A stretch of 31,581 bases of DNA from a virus. Its lineage: Duplodnaviria > Caudoviricetes. Below are positions 15,722 to 26,562 of the stretch, in pieces. Numbering within the stretch: position 1 is the stretch's first letter; every line of letters starts with the position of its first letter. The stretch is taken from positions 1 to 31,581 of IMG/VR virus record IMGVR_UViG_3300028025_002032; one strand, given 5' to 3'. The notes under the pieces were generated by a model that searched no databases, was not told the DNA's origin, and saw only the letters and a program-made list of their open reading frames with translations. The translations under genes and the position numbers were made by a program.

Positions 15722-15729
15722 AGTTATCC

Positions 15730-17352
15730 TTAACTGTAGTTAGCTGTGAACACGCAATGAATAGAACCAGTAGTACGAACTATATAATCTATTCTATCTA
15801 CAGATGACGCTGCCGTTGAAAGTGTAGGAGCTGTGCCACCAATGAAGTCATACTGAGAACCATAAGCAAGAGTCCTAGATCCTGTGCCATCTTGAACCAC
15901 AAAGATAGAACCTGACTGACCAGCAGTTAAGTTGCTAGGGTTAGCCAATGTACGATTGCCACCTAGAGTTACTGAGAAGTTATTAGCTACTGCAAAGTCT
16001 GGAGTGATTGTTGCACCATCAGTAAGGGCAGTAATAGCACCTCTTTGTGCAGCAGTAAATGACTGTGCCACATCAGTCTTAGCTGTATCAGCATCATAAG
16101 CCTGTACATCAGTACCAATTGCAAGGCCTAGGAATGAGCGAGCAGATGAACCGCCAGCACCCAATGTTGTCAAGTCAGCATCATAAGCCTGTACGTTTGT
16201 GCCAATAGCAACACCAAGGTTAGTACGAGCAGTTGCTGTGTTTGCTAAGTCTGATAGGTTATTTGCTGAGGCTAAATATGATGCTCCTGATACATAGGCA
16301 GCTACCCAGGCAGATCCAGTATATAAACGCATCTCTGGTACTGTAGTGTTGTAATACAAAGCACCAGCTAGTAAAGCGTTGCCATCATTATCTAATGTTG
16401 GATTGCTAGACTTAGCACCAAGGTATCTATCATCAAAAGAATCATACGCTGCTAGAGTTGCATCTCTGGCAGCCTCAGCAGCAGTCTGAGCGTTACCAGC
16501 CGAAGTTGCTGAGTTGCTTGCGTTTGTCGCTGAAGTTGATGCGTTGCCAGCAGATGTATTAGCGTTAGATGCTGAAGTGCTTGCCGCTTGAGCGTGATAC
16601 TTAGCAGAGTATTCTCCACCAGCTACAGGGCCACTTGTCTTTGTAGCCCAGTCATTCGCTAGAATTGCAGATGCGGCAGCATTATCAGCTTGTTCAGCCG
16701 CATAACTAGCATCAATCACTAAGTCCCATTTAGCAGAGTCAGCGTTAGAGCTAATAGGAGTTGTGCCTGTAGAGGTATGAGCCGTATTACAACGGTATAC
16801 GTTATAGTTAGAGGCATCCTTAACTAAGTCACGAACTGTGTAAGATGTACCAGATGCCCAGTTACCACGCCAGTTACCAATATCCTCACCCACTACTGGG
16901 TTACCGTTAGCATCAAACGCTAGAGTCTTACCAGCACGAGAGGCCTTGGCTGGCAATGTCATAGCGATATCTGTAGGATCCGTTACTGGAGCCTTAAGGC
17001 CACGCTCTGCTGTCTCAGCTACTTGCTGAATAAAGATGGTCTGGTTATCTAGTTCATCGTTCAACGTGTTAGCGAACAAGTCACCACCAGTTGTAAAGTC
17101 TGAGGTACGCTGGATATTCTTAGCACCAACAATAGTGATGTTGCCTGTACCAGCCGTTACCAAAGTAACTGATCCTGTACCATTGGCATTGATTATGACA
17201 GAATAATCAGTCGTTAATGTGAGCAATGTAGAGCCACGATATACAGAGATATCGGTTTGGGATAGAATCTCAAACGTGAACGCATAAGGGCCTACGCCTG
17301 AGTTAGCGTAAACTACTCTACGAGGTACGTTACTGATTGCGTAATCTGCCAT
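15730..17352 (-). CDS. Tail fibre protein
   Basis: Podovirus-type N-terminal anchor (DFTTGGDLFANTLNDELD), CBM5/12-like segment, Ala/Ser-rich shaft, NNLSDL..ARTNLG and AIGTxVQAYDAD repeats. Confidence 0.85.
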   Translation of the reverse strand: MADYAISNVPRRVVYANSGVGPYAFTFEILSQTDISVYRGSTLLTLTTDYSVIINANGTGSVTLVTAGTGNITIVGAKNIQRTSDFTTGGDLFANTLNDELDNQTIFIQQVAETAERGLKAPVTDPTDIAMTLPAKASRAGKTLAFDANGNPVVGEDIGNWRGNWASGTSYTVRDLVKDASNYNVYRCNTAHTSTGTTPISSNADSAKWDLVIDASYAAEQADNAAASAILANDWATKTSGPVAGGEYSAKYHAQAASTSASNANTSAGNASTSATNASNSATSAGNAQTAAEAARDATLAAYDSFDDRYLGAKSSNPTLDNDGNALLAGALYYNTTVPEMRLYTGSAWVAAYVSGASYLASANNLSDLANTATARTNLGVAIGTNVQAYDADLTTLGAGGSSARSFLGLAIGTDVQAYDADTAKTDVAQSFTAAQRGAITALTDGATITPDFAVANNFSVTLGGNRTLANPSNLTAGQSGSIFVVQDGTGSRTLAYGSQYDFIGGTAPTLSTAASSVDRIDYIVRTTGSIHCVFTANYS

Positions 17353-17401
17353 AATAATTCCTTACTGTTTGTCCGAATCTAATTGATTTTCACTAAAAAA
17401 T

Positions 17402-20335
17402 CTAGCGTTTATATTTACCTTCTTCACGTTGCAATTCCTCAATGTCTCTAAACTGCATACGTAAATCAGGATCACTCATAATTAACATCTTCTTAGCATC
17501 TGAGTAGGCAGAGCTAATAACCTTATTCAATAGCTCTTGCGCACCTTTTAGGTCTTTATTTGCATAATCCCTAAACTCCTTGCTTTCATGGTACATCTTA
17601 AGACCATTAGAAATCTTGTTGTTAGCAGTCGCTAACTCAATCCATTGCGTGTACTGAACATCGTTTAGCTCTACACCATCCATGTTCTTAGGCACTTTGT
17701 ACATAGGGATACCGTACTGAGCCAGGATTAAATGGGGTTCGCTAAACTTACCGTCAGACATTTTGAATGGGCTAAATGTCTCATAAAAGTTACCCTTGCC
17801 AGCAGTCTTAACATAGCCAGTTAATGAGTCTAGGGCTGGAGGTAAACTGTCAGAACACAATGGATTTCTAGAGCAAGCGTAGCTGACTGCTTCCCAGTAA
17901 CCCTTACTTGCACCTGACAAGATATCTTGCTCCATTGGGCTAACAGCCTCTTTAACCAAAGACTTCTCAGGGTTCATAGTTCTTTCAACCATAGCCACAA
18001 AAGAGCTGTGGATGCCAGCTGGAGAACCACCAATAGCAAAGCTAGTCGCTTGCTTAGATAAACGAGTCATCGTGTTATATAGGAATGTAGGAGCATCTTT
18101 AGATCCAGAATTAAATATCTTATTAATTTCTCCAAAGCCTTGTAGCATTGGCTGGTCTGATAGATACTGGTACATGGCTAAACCGCCACCCAAAAACATC
18201 TTGCCCAAATCCTCGTTATTAGGATCTTGCTGAGAATACTCACCCATTGTTGCGCCAATAGATAGCAAAGTAGCTAATGGCTCTAAACCAGCGTAGCTAA
18301 TGTAAACCTTATCAGAGCTTACGTTTACCTTGGTTAGCTTTTCAAACTTAGCAATCATCTCAGGATCAACATCTGCCTTGTTAAATACAAAGGAAAACTG
18401 CTGCCATCCAGCACCTTCAAATACTTGCTTATCTTCGCTACGCATTGGGCCATAACCTGTTAGCTTACCCTCTAATGGACCAGATGCTACAGCATAAATT
18501 AAAGATGAGCCTAGAGTTACACGAGCTAAGGCTTGGTCTCTACGAATACCGCCAGCTTTGAAGTCGTTATAAAAGCGTGGGTTTCCAGTAATAACTGATA
18601 ATGGAGTTCTAGCCATTGTCTCCATTAAGATATTAGTAGGAGTCTTAATAAACGGCACAAACATCTTAATCAATGGACTCTGGGTAAACTCAGCCATTTT
18701 CTGCAAACTTGGTTCTAGCTCACGAGTAAATGTTACGGTACGAGATTGAGACTTAGCTGCCTCGTCTAGCTCTGCCGTAGGGTTAGCTAACAAATCTGCT
18801 AACAATTGCTCAGATTGCTTAGATGCTGAATCTGCATCAATACCCTTAGATACCAATGTATCAAACATCTTATTGCTCTCACGAACTGCTAAGGCATTTA
18901 ATTCCATGCGATATCCAACGGCTTTAAAGAACTCATCTTCAGCCATCAATGCACGACCTGGAGCAGTTACCGCTACGCCATAATACTTAACAGCATTAGT
19001 CAATGCTTGACCAAAATCGCTATCACCAAAGTCAGCATCAAACGGATTAGCGTTTACCCTACCTGATTCAATCTTAGAAAAAGCATCTGTAGGAGCATTG
19101 TTCTTAAATGCCTTAAGACCAATCTCACCACCCTCACGGATACCTTGCAATAATCCAATGGCTTGAGCTTGAATTTCATTTAACTGGATAGCCTTTTCAC
19201 CACCATTAAAAAAGAAGTTACGAGCCTTACCAATGCCTGATGCAACTAAACGCTCAGGGATCTGATACGCACCAAAGAACGTGTTACCAGAGATATTCTT
19301 AGCATGGGTTACTGGGCTAGACAATAGACCGTTAATCCATGTGGAGAACCACATATCTTTAAATCTCTCGTACATACCGCTAAAGCCATTAGCGTAACCA
19401 GATGCAGACATCTCTGCTCTTGCGCCACGAGAATCCAATGCTGTGTACTTAGATGCAAAGTCGTGTACAGAATCAATACCACCAGTCTCAGCCATAATGG
19501 CATCTAGCATCTGACCTCTAGCAGTCGTTGATTGACGAGCTTGAGAGAAGATACCTAGCGTTCTAGCGATATCTGCCTGACGGCCACGAGCAGCTTTAAG
19601 CAATGAACCCTCTAGGGCTACGGCTTGCTGAAACTCAGATGCCAACTCAGACGTTAAGTTACCAGCTAACTTAGCCTCCTTAACCTTTTCACCTAAGTCA
19701 AAGGCACGTTTACCAGCATCAGTAATAGCCAATAGCATCTTGTAAGCATCACCAGCATTAGCCTCTGTTACACGGCTAGGATCTAGCAATCGTGCAATAA
19801 ATTTCTCGTCATATCCTTCTTCAGCTGCTTTGGCTGCAATCTCTGTATAGCTAACTTTCTCTAGCTTATCTGCACCATATTGTCTAGCAGTCGCATCAAT
19901 GAATTGCTTAACGCCATTCTCATCTTGAATTAAATCTAGGTTAAATGGTCGCTCAACTACGCCAGCTGCAACTTGCTCAGTTGATGGAGATGGCTTACCA
20001 GTAATAGCAACCTCTGGAGGCATCTCAGTCATCTTCTCAGTAATAGCCTCAACTGTCTTAGGCTCTGCATCTTTGATAACTGTGTATGGCCCTACTTGAC
20101 CAGTCTCTGTACCTTCTTTAAGAATCTTTCTTTCAGTACGCTTAGGAGCCTTTAGGATTTCTTTAACAACATCTAAACGACCAGCGACTTGAGTTTCCTC
20201 GTAAGCTGGAGGCTCAGACTGCAATTGAACCATGTCAGATAACTTTGGCTCACCATCTGCAACTGGCAATACATCAAGGTTTTTATCTGCGCTAGATAAA
20301 TCATCTAGTCTTTCATTTAACGGTTTCATTGCCAT
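17402..20335 (-). CDS. Large internal virion (ejection) protein
   Basis: 977 aa helical protein before tail fibre; PFIKTPTNI and ISYAGLEPLA segments typical of such proteins. Confidence 0.7.
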   Translation of the reverse strand: MAMKPLNERLDDLSSADKNLDVLPVADGEPKLSDMVQLQSEPPAYEETQVAGRLDVVKEILKAPKRTERKILKEGTETGQVGPYTVIKDAEPKTVEAITEKMTEMPPEVAITGKPSPSTEQVAAGVVERPFNLDLIQDENGVKQFIDATARQYGADKLEKVSYTEIAAKAAEEGYDEKFIARLLDPSRVTEANAGDAYKMLLAITDAGKRAFDLGEKVKEAKLAGNLTSELASEFQQAVALEGSLLKAARGRQADIARTLGIFSQARQSTTARGQMLDAIMAETGGIDSVHDFASKYTALDSRGARAEMSASGYANGFSGMYERFKDMWFSTWINGLLSSPVTHAKNISGNTFFGAYQIPERLVASGIGKARNFFFNGGEKAIQLNEIQAQAIGLLQGIREGGEIGLKAFKNNAPTDAFSKIESGRVNANPFDADFGDSDFGQALTNAVKYYGVAVTAPGRALMAEDEFFKAVGYRMELNALAVRESNKMFDTLVSKGIDADSASKQSEQLLADLLANPTAELDEAAKSQSRTVTFTRELEPSLQKMAEFTQSPLIKMFVPFIKTPTNILMETMARTPLSVITGNPRFYNDFKAGGIRRDQALARVTLGSSLIYAVASGPLEGKLTGYGPMRSEDKQVFEGAGWQQFSFVFNKADVDPEMIAKFEKLTKVNVSSDKVYISYAGLEPLATLLSIGATMGEYSQQDPNNEDLGKMFLGGGLAMYQYLSDQPMLQGFGEINKIFNSGSKDAPTFLYNTMTRLSKQATSFAIGGSPAGIHSSFVAMVERTMNPEKSLVKEAVSPMEQDILSGASKGYWEAVSYACSRNPLCSDSLPPALDSLTGYVKTAGKGNFYETFSPFKMSDGKFSEPHLILAQYGIPMYKVPKNMDGVELNDVQYTQWIELATANNKISNGLKMYHESKEFRDYANKDLKGAQELLNKVISSAYSDAKKMLIMSDPDLRMQFRDIEELQREEGKYKR

Positions 20336-21492
20336 TATTTATTTTCCTCTTGAGACATTGCCGCACTAGTACCGCCAACACCTACACCTTTTAAAACACT
20401 TGGATTGGCTGGGTCAAAAGTAACGTTTCCTGTAGCTGATTTTAATTGCTTAGGGTCATACACAGCCAAATTCTTTATGCCACCCTCTTGAATGTAAAAT
20501 GAATCAAATCCAAGAGCCTTAATAGCTTTTTGCACATCTCTATCTTCAATCTTATCCCACTTACCCTCATCAAACCATGCTGGTTTAATACCTTTAAGTT
20601 GGCTATTTTTTTGCATATATTCAATAACTTTTGATACGTCATCAGAATTTTCATAATCAAAAGGATTAGATGCTTTTACATAAAGAGGCATTATATTTGG
20701 AGTGCCAGCTTGGTCTGCAATATATGTCTTGCCACCACCGCCAACATCTTCAACTAGCCCTGTAAACTGCTCTGCAAAAGATGGGTCTGGAGTTACAAAT
20801 ATTGCGCCTCTAGTACTGCGATTAAATTGGTCAAAATTACCACCAGTTCCGTGATACATAACTATGGGCTTACCAGTATCATCAACCGCTTTGGAATCAC
20901 CAAACCAATTCTTAAATGCTTTGCTTTCAACCTTTGGAGCTTTTTGTAATACCTGTTCTGTACCATCAAGCATTTTGATAGTAGCCTTAATCACAGGCTT
21001 TGCAAGCGCACTAATTGCCTTTATTTGCCCACCTGGAGCAACAATTTCACCACCTAGCTCACCACCTTCAGCAGCTCTTACACGCTCCTCTGTAGGTACG
21101 CCAGTCGTTTGACCTTGAGGCACTACTGGACCTAATAAAGACTCTAGCTTTTTACCAATGTCCTCAGAGGTAGGCAACGCAGTATTCTCATCAACGTTAT
21201 AACCAAGGTAGTTCAATGCCATACGGCCAATAGATTCTAAATCACCAGGCAATCCAGGGAAAGCCTGTATCATTCCTTTGCCAGCACCAGCCATCGTATC
21301 TGCAATCAATACAGACTGCTTGGCTTGATTCTCACGAGTGTTCAAACCCTTAGGCATATTCAAGCGATAGCCAACAAAAGCACCGCCATCCGTAGTAACG
21401 CCAGTATTAGCAGATGCTAACTGCATCTCCTGAGGATCAGGCTCCTCAACCAACTCTTGAGCTTTTAAGTCTATAAAGCGTTGGTCAATCAT
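20335..21492 (-). CDS. Internal virion protein with ADP-ribosyltransferase-like (ART-PolyVal) C-terminal domain
   Basis: FKNWFGDSK.VD..GKP.VMYHGT, IFVT, IMPLYVK..NPFD, GFDS, VYDPKQLKSATGN. Confidence 0.75.
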   Translation of the reverse strand: MIDQRFIDLKAQELVEEPDPQEMQLASANTGVTTDGGAFVGYRLNMPKGLNTRENQAKQSVLIADTMAGAGKGMIQAFPGLPGDLESIGRMALNYLGYNVDENTALPTSEDIGKKLESLLGPVVPQGQTTGVPTEERVRAAEGGELGGEIVAPGGQIKAISALAKPVIKATIKMLDGTEQVLQKAPKVESKAFKNWFGDSKAVDDTGKPIVMYHGTGGNFDQFNRSTRGAIFVTPDPSFAEQFTGLVEDVGGGGKTYIADQAGTPNIMPLYVKASNPFDYENSDDVSKVIEYMQKNSQLKGIKPAWFDEGKWDKIEDRDVQKAIKALGFDSFYIQEGGIKNLAVYDPKQLKSATGNVTFDPANPSVLKGVGVGGTSAAMSQEENK

Positions 21493-23120
21493 TGAGGTTC
21501 CTTCCTAACTTTATCCTGTTGTTTTAAAATCTGACCACGTTCATACTTGCCAACACCAGCAGCTTTCAAATCTTCATCTGTATAAATTCTAAGAGGGTCA
21601 TAGGTAATACCGCTATTCTTAAGACGTGTCTTAAATGTATCAACTTCGCTTTCATGTTGCACAAACTCTGAACCTTGACGTACACCTTTGATGTACTCTC
21701 TAGCAGTTTCCATTGCATTAAACGGCAAACCTTGGCTACGAGTAACTTCTCTAGCACTATATAAATGAGCCTTAACTTCAGCTGCCATTCTGCGCTCACG
21801 ACCAAAGCCAGGAGTCAATGGATCAGGTACACCCAAATCTGCGTTTACAAAAGAAATAGCGGCAGACATAGCTGGGTCATTGTTACGAGCTTTCTTCTTT
21901 AGGTCATTAACTTGTTTCCAAGACATCTCACCTCTAACGCCCATATTGTCTAAATCTTCTTCACCCAATCTGCCATTCTCAACCATGCTTTCGTAGCGAC
22001 CAAATAACTGAGGAGTAGCACCAGCCAAATCACCATTTAACATAGATTGACGTTCTGACTCAGGCAAAGTAATGCCCAATGCTTGAATACGCTTGTAGCC
22101 TACTGAGCCACTAATCTTGCCAGAGTAGATGTCATCTTTAATGTTAGCAACTTTATCAACGTTAATAGATGCGTTTACCTTAGATGCGTTAGTAAATGAT
22201 TTCTCAATATCACCAGAACGCTCAATGTATTGCTTTTTGAGCTTATCTATATCAACGGTTTTCATTACTTCAGATAACTTACCGTAATCTTTGTTAGTAA
22301 TCTTTCTAAAGCCTTCAACTGGATTGGCAGCAAAGTCAGGGCTAATTACATAATCAATAATGGCGTTAAGGCGTTTTGATTCAAAAGCCTTCATCTGGTC
22401 ATCAACAAAAGCTGGATCCATTGTTGCAGATGCCACATCAAAAGCACGTTGATATTGAATATTAAACTTTTCATTTAACAACGTTGGATTAGCCTCATAC
22501 CTTAATGAGTCAGACAATAATGTTGGCGTATCAGCAATCAATCTTTCAGCATTACTTCGTAAACCAGCTTGATATATTTTGTTTTGTTTTTCGTTGGCTT
22601 TGTTATAAGTATCGTTAGCAGCTACGTTAATAGATGCTCTAAAGCGCAAGCCATCCTCAGGAGATAATTGAGCCAAAGTACGACCATAACCATCAGTCAT
22701 ACCTTTAATTCTTAATTGAGCCTCTTTTAAATCAATTTGACCAACATCTAAGGCAGAGGATATATTTCTCAATTCCTCACGACCTTTAGCCTCTAGCTCA
22801 AGTCTTAATTGTGCGCCTTGAATCTTACGAGCTGCATCACCAAAATAAGTGCCTGGCTTTGGAAATAAAGAATTGATGTCTTGCCCTTGTTCTTTAGCCA
22901 ACAATACTTGATCCACAGTAGGTTGGTTCTCAGCACCGTATTGCTCACCTTCTCTGACCGCTTTATTAGCTGCCTCTTTAAAAGCAAAATCAGACATACG
23001 GTCTAAAGAACTTGTAATAGTTTTGGTTAGATTTAAACCTTCCTTGACGTTAGCAAGGTCTAATCTTTGTATATCAGCTGGCATTAAGCCAGAGGATTGA
23101 TAACGTGGTAAGTCTGCCAT
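21489..23120 (-). CDS. Internal virion (ejection) protein
   Basis: 543 aa helical protein in ejectosome position. Confidence 0.65.
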   Translation of the reverse strand: MADLPRYQSSGLMPADIQRLDLANVKEGLNLTKTITSSLDRMSDFAFKEAANKAVREGEQYGAENQPTVDQVLLAKEQGQDINSLFPKPGTYFGDAARKIQGAQLRLELEAKGREELRNISSALDVGQIDLKEAQLRIKGMTDGYGRTLAQLSPEDGLRFRASINVAANDTYNKANEKQNKIYQAGLRSNAERLIADTPTLLSDSLRYEANPTLLNEKFNIQYQRAFDVASATMDPAFVDDQMKAFESKRLNAIIDYVISPDFAANPVEGFRKITNKDYGKLSEVMKTVDIDKLKKQYIERSGDIEKSFTNASKVNASINVDKVANIKDDIYSGKISGSVGYKRIQALGITLPESERQSMLNGDLAGATPQLFGRYESMVENGRLGEEDLDNMGVRGEMSWKQVNDLKKKARNNDPAMSAAISFVNADLGVPDPLTPGFGRERRMAAEVKAHLYSAREVTRSQGLPFNAMETAREYIKGVRQGSEFVQHESEVDTFKTRLKNSGITYDPLRIYTDEDLKAAGVGKYERGQILKQQDKVRKEPQ

Positions 23121-23122
23121 AA

Positions 23123-23581
23123 TTAAGCCTCAGTTTTAGGTGCGCTACCAGTTTTTGAGTATTGACCAGCTGCCATACTCAACTTACCAGCTGCATCAAA
23201 ATAGCCAGCTTTCTCAGCCATATCACCAGCGTTTTCGTATAAAGTTGCTTGAATCAATCCACTTCTACGAACACCATCAGAATTACCTAAGGCAAAAGCA
23301 AACTCTTTACCACCCTTGGTATTATTAACTGCCTGTATCAGAGCAGCAGACCCCTCAAATCCTTGGGTTCCACCAGCAAAAGCACGAGAGATTGCAGAGG
23401 CATTATTAGCATTTACACGCTCTAATACTTGGTTAGCTTGGAATTGGTATTGGATAGCCTTGCGCTCTGACTCCACACGAGTCTGAGCTGCTTGAACTTT
23501 GTAGTAATCCTTCTTAGCTTTGCCCTCTTGAATAGAGCCAAAAGCCGATACTACCGCCATTGCTACTGCGACTTCTGCCAT
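23123..23581 (-). CDS. Small internal virion protein (T7 gp14-like position)
   Basis: Ala/Gly-rich, hydrophobic N-terminus, follows nozzle gene. Confidence 0.65.
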   Translation of the reverse strand: MAEVAVAMAVVSAFGSIQEGKAKKDYYKVQAAQTRVESERKAIQYQFQANQVLERVNANNASAISRAFAGGTQGFEGSAALIQAVNNTKGGKEFAFALGNSDGVRRSGLIQATLYENAGDMAEKAGYFDAAGKLSMAAGQYSKTGSAPKTEA

Positions 23582-23582
23582 A

Positions 23583-25580
23583 TTATGTCCCCTGATGAGT
23601 TGCTACTTTGTACTCCAAACCTAACAATGTTAGTTTCAAAGGTACGTCTTGTTCAATCGTAATCTTGGCATCTTGCGAATATCCTAAGATTCCATGTACA
23701 GTTTTTACTCCTGTGTATTCAGCAACTGGCTCATCTAGGATAGAACCAAACTGTCTGAATGGTATTTGAATACCGTTAATCTTCATGTGCTGAGTTTCAG
23801 TCACAATCGCATTAACTTCAACAATACGCTTTTTAAATCCAATTCTTGTACCAGTTTGTAACTTCAAATCTACTGGCATTGTTACCGCTTTAACAGAGAT
23901 AGGTAAGCCCAGCTCATAGCTAGTAGCTGATGCTCTAGGTAGGGTTACAGTACCGCCACCTGGCACGGTTTGATTAGCCTGTACTGCGCCATCTAAAATC
24001 ACATTGACTGACTCAGATACAAGATGACTCATAGCTACAGTTGATGCTACGCCACCAGACTTACTACTATCAGTCAAAGAGCTTTCAGTAAAGTACTCAA
24101 CGTAGTAAACGTTAGCACCATTGACGTTACGCTTAACAACTGCGTAAATCGTATCAATGTCTACACCCACGTCAACATATTGACCATCTACCGTAGTCCA
24201 CTCAGACGGAGCAATCACATTCTGCGCTCTTAGCAAAGAGAACACGGCCATAGAGCCATCATCTGCATTGGTCATTAATAGCAAGTCGTTCTCATCTGTA
24301 GCCACGGATCTACGTAAAGCCAAGCGAGTAGGGTTCTTTAATAGATGTCCAGCCAAAAGAGATATCTTAGCTGTAACATACGTAGCTTGCGTATCCGTGT
24401 AAGCAAACTCGTTCAATGACTTACCTTGTCTTTGGACAAATAGAGTGCCAGACTCCAACTGCTGAATACGGATACCTTCTTTGATGCCGTTACGACTAGC
24501 AGTTTTAACAAAGAAATTTGTAGGGGTAATCGGATCTAATCCGTTTTGAGGTACGTAAAACTCACCACCAGTTGTAAAGATTTGTAAGTCTCTGCCTGAG
24601 ATGATATCCACTACAGCGTTATAGGTATTGGTGTCTAACGTAGCCTCAACCGCATCATCATCAAGACCTTCAGTAGCCTCAAAGTCAAAGAACAAGCCAA
24701 CCTTAGAACCCCATAAAGTACTAGGGCGAGACTTAGAGCCACCAAAATACAAGCGACCTTCATGGAAAGTAACAGAGCGTGGCCACCCACGACCAGAACT
24801 CCAAACATCTTCGTAACCACTTTCAATCTCCCATGAGGCTGTAGCAATAGCAGTTGTATTAAAGAACGGAAACTCTGTAATCGCATCTACTACAGTACTT
24901 GATGTGAACTTAACAATCTTGGCACGACCCTGAGGTGTAGCATTGATGTACTGTCCAACGCTACCAGCAGAGAATGGAGTGCCTGTAGAGGCAGTCAAAG
25001 TTACCTTGCCTGATACGGCAGATGGGGTTAACGTTCCAGCTGGGCTAGAGGTTGACAAGGTAAACGCATACTTTGGCTTTGAGTCAAAAGTAATAGCACC
25101 AGCAGTCCAAGTCGCATCAGTTCCACCACGGACAATCTTAATTGGAGCGATATCAGGATGCACCACAATCAGCGTATCAGCCGATTGAGTCCAACAAATT
25201 CTAGCTAATCTAGCACCAGTTAGCCCTACAGCGGATGTATCTAGGTACGGATTGCCTGAGCCATTAATGTTAGTTACCAATGCCTCATTCTTAAAAACAT
25301 ACATACGGTTATGCGTAAAGCACAACATATAACTGTCATCAGTTGAAAACTCAAACTCAACTAAACGCACACCGTTGGCAGCTGACTCTGAGCCACTATT
25401 GGGCAAAGCAGAGATGTATTTAGTGCCAGGCCTACGTCTAATACCGCCCTGAGGTTGGCAGACTACGTTAGTTGCCTCCTCTAAAGCGTTGGCATAAGCA
25501 CCTAAATCAACCCTTGCACGGAGCAACGGATCAAGTTCACCTGTAGAGAAGTTAGTTTGGATGCTTACAAAGCGAGCCAT
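23583..25580 (-). CDS. Tail tubular protein B / nozzle
   Basis: QTNFSTGELDP, GGIRRRPGT, TQSADTL, GWPRSVTFHEGRLYFGG. Confidence 0.9.
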   Translation of the reverse strand: MARFVSIQTNFSTGELDPLLRARVDLGAYANALEEATNVVCQPQGGIRRRPGTKYISALPNSGSESAANGVRLVEFEFSTDDSYMLCFTHNRMYVFKNEALVTNINGSGNPYLDTSAVGLTGARLARICWTQSADTLIVVHPDIAPIKIVRGGTDATWTAGAITFDSKPKYAFTLSTSSPAGTLTPSAVSGKVTLTASTGTPFSAGSVGQYINATPQGRAKIVKFTSSTVVDAITEFPFFNTTAIATASWEIESGYEDVWSSGRGWPRSVTFHEGRLYFGGSKSRPSTLWGSKVGLFFDFEATEGLDDDAVEATLDTNTYNAVVDIISGRDLQIFTTGGEFYVPQNGLDPITPTNFFVKTASRNGIKEGIRIQQLESGTLFVQRQGKSLNEFAYTDTQATYVTAKISLLAGHLLKNPTRLALRRSVATDENDLLLMTNADDGSMAVFSLLRAQNVIAPSEWTTVDGQYVDVGVDIDTIYAVVKRNVNGANVYYVEYFTESSLTDSSKSGGVASTVAMSHLVSESVNVILDGAVQANQTVPGGGTVTLPRASATSYELGLPISVKAVTMPVDLKLQTGTRIGFKKRIVEVNAIVTETQHMKINGIQIPFRQFGSILDEPVAEYTGVKTVHGILGYSQDAKITIEQDVPLKLTLLGLEYKVATHQGT

Positions 25581-26194
25581 TAATATCTCACCGCAATCAA
25601 AGAGAAGTCGTTAATTGCGTTAGTTGGCTGTCCAGCACCGTCAATATTCATAGCAGTTCTAAACGCACCACCACGACCATTCTCTGCTGGGCTACCGATT
25701 GCAACGCTCTGCCAATACTGAGCTTTCTCAGTTTGGTCTGTAATAGGCAAGGCTAAATGCCACGCCATTGAATACTTAAGGAATTGTATAAAGTAAACAG
25801 GCATCAAGAACTCAGGTACTGAGTACTGATAATCAACCCATACTTCTTCATAATCTGTTAATAATTTGTCACCCATGATACGGTACTCCTTACGAGGAGG
25901 CATACCAGTAGCGGATGAGTCATAAACTGCTCTAGGACTCGTTAAACGGTCTCCAGGCAATTGATATTCGTATCTGTACTCATTGGTAGGGGTAGTAATC
26001 AAACGAGCTAATTTGACCTTTTTAAAGCTAAAAGACCAAGGGTAGCAAACGAGGGTTTGGTCCCTCATATCTGAATACAAACGGTTAGCTACAGATGCCT
26101 CGTCTGTCCCTTCATCAAAAGATGAAATAGGTTTTGCGCCTAGCATTAGTAGGGCATCAGAACATATTGAAAGGGCTGTATCTCCAGCTGCCAT
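25580..26194 (-). CDS. Tail tubular protein A / head-tail adaptor
   Basis: ICSDALLMLGAKPISSF, YPWSF, YEYQLPGD. Confidence 0.9.
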   Translation of the reverse strand: MAAGDTALSICSDALLMLGAKPISSFDEGTDEASVANRLYSDMRDQTLVCYPWSFSFKKVKLARLITTPTNEYRYEYQLPGDRLTSPRAVYDSSATGMPPRKEYRIMGDKLLTDYEEVWVDYQYSVPEFLMPVYFIQFLKYSMAWHLALPITDQTEKAQYWQSVAIGSPAENGRGGAFRTAMNIDGAGQPTNAINDFSLIAVRY

Positions 26195-26212
26195 TTAATT
26201 CTCCAATGTAAG

Positions 26213-26249
26213 AATGGGCTACCCCTGTTTTAACAGAAAGTAGCCCATT
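26213..26249 (-). terminator. Long hairpin after capsid/decoration genes (terminator or attenuator)
   Basis: AATGGGCTAC...GTAGCCCATT 10-bp arms with further inner pairing; weak U tract. Confidence 0.65.
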
Positions 26250-26271
26250 TGACTAGCAAATTAATTAAATA

Positions 26272-26550
26272 TTAATCGCCATCAGTTGCGGCCAAAGTTG
26301 TACCGTCAGTCACGTCAACAACACCAGAGGCGTTAGAAAGAACATAAACCAAAGTAGCAACGGCTGTAGTACCAGTTGATGTTACGCAATAAATCAAATC
26401 ACCAACGCTTAATACAGTTGATAAATCATTGAAGTAACCTTCAGTATTTACCGCTGCAATAGCATCAGTTGTTTTGTATGCGTAGATTGATGGAGCGTTA
26501 CCAGCCTTAGAGGCTGCAACAGTTGTAAAACCAGTTGATGAATAAGCCAT
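26272..26550 (-). CDS. Putative capsid decoration/cement protein
   Basis: 92 aa beta-rich, directly after capsid, AGGAG RBS, before hairpin. Confidence 0.65.
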   Translation of the reverse strand: MAYSSTGFTTVAASKAGNAPSIYAYKTTDAIAAVNTEGYFNDLSTVLSVGDLIYCVTSTGTTAVATLVYVLSNASGVVDVTDGTTLAATDGD

Positions 26551-26562
26551 GTCAATCTCCTA

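Noticed and set aside
16090-16220. Direct repeat CAGCATCATAAGCCTGTAC in tail fibre
   Set aside because: Explained by duplicated AIGTxVQAYDAD protein motif; not CRISPR or att
13286-17352. Possible diversity-generating retroelement as in BPP-1
   Set aside because: No reverse transcriptase, and no template/variable repeat pair with adenine-specific differences seen
13286-17352. Gin/Cin-type invertible tail-fibre cassette driven by the serine recombinase
   Set aside because: No inverted alternative fibre ends or flanking inverted crossover sites noticed
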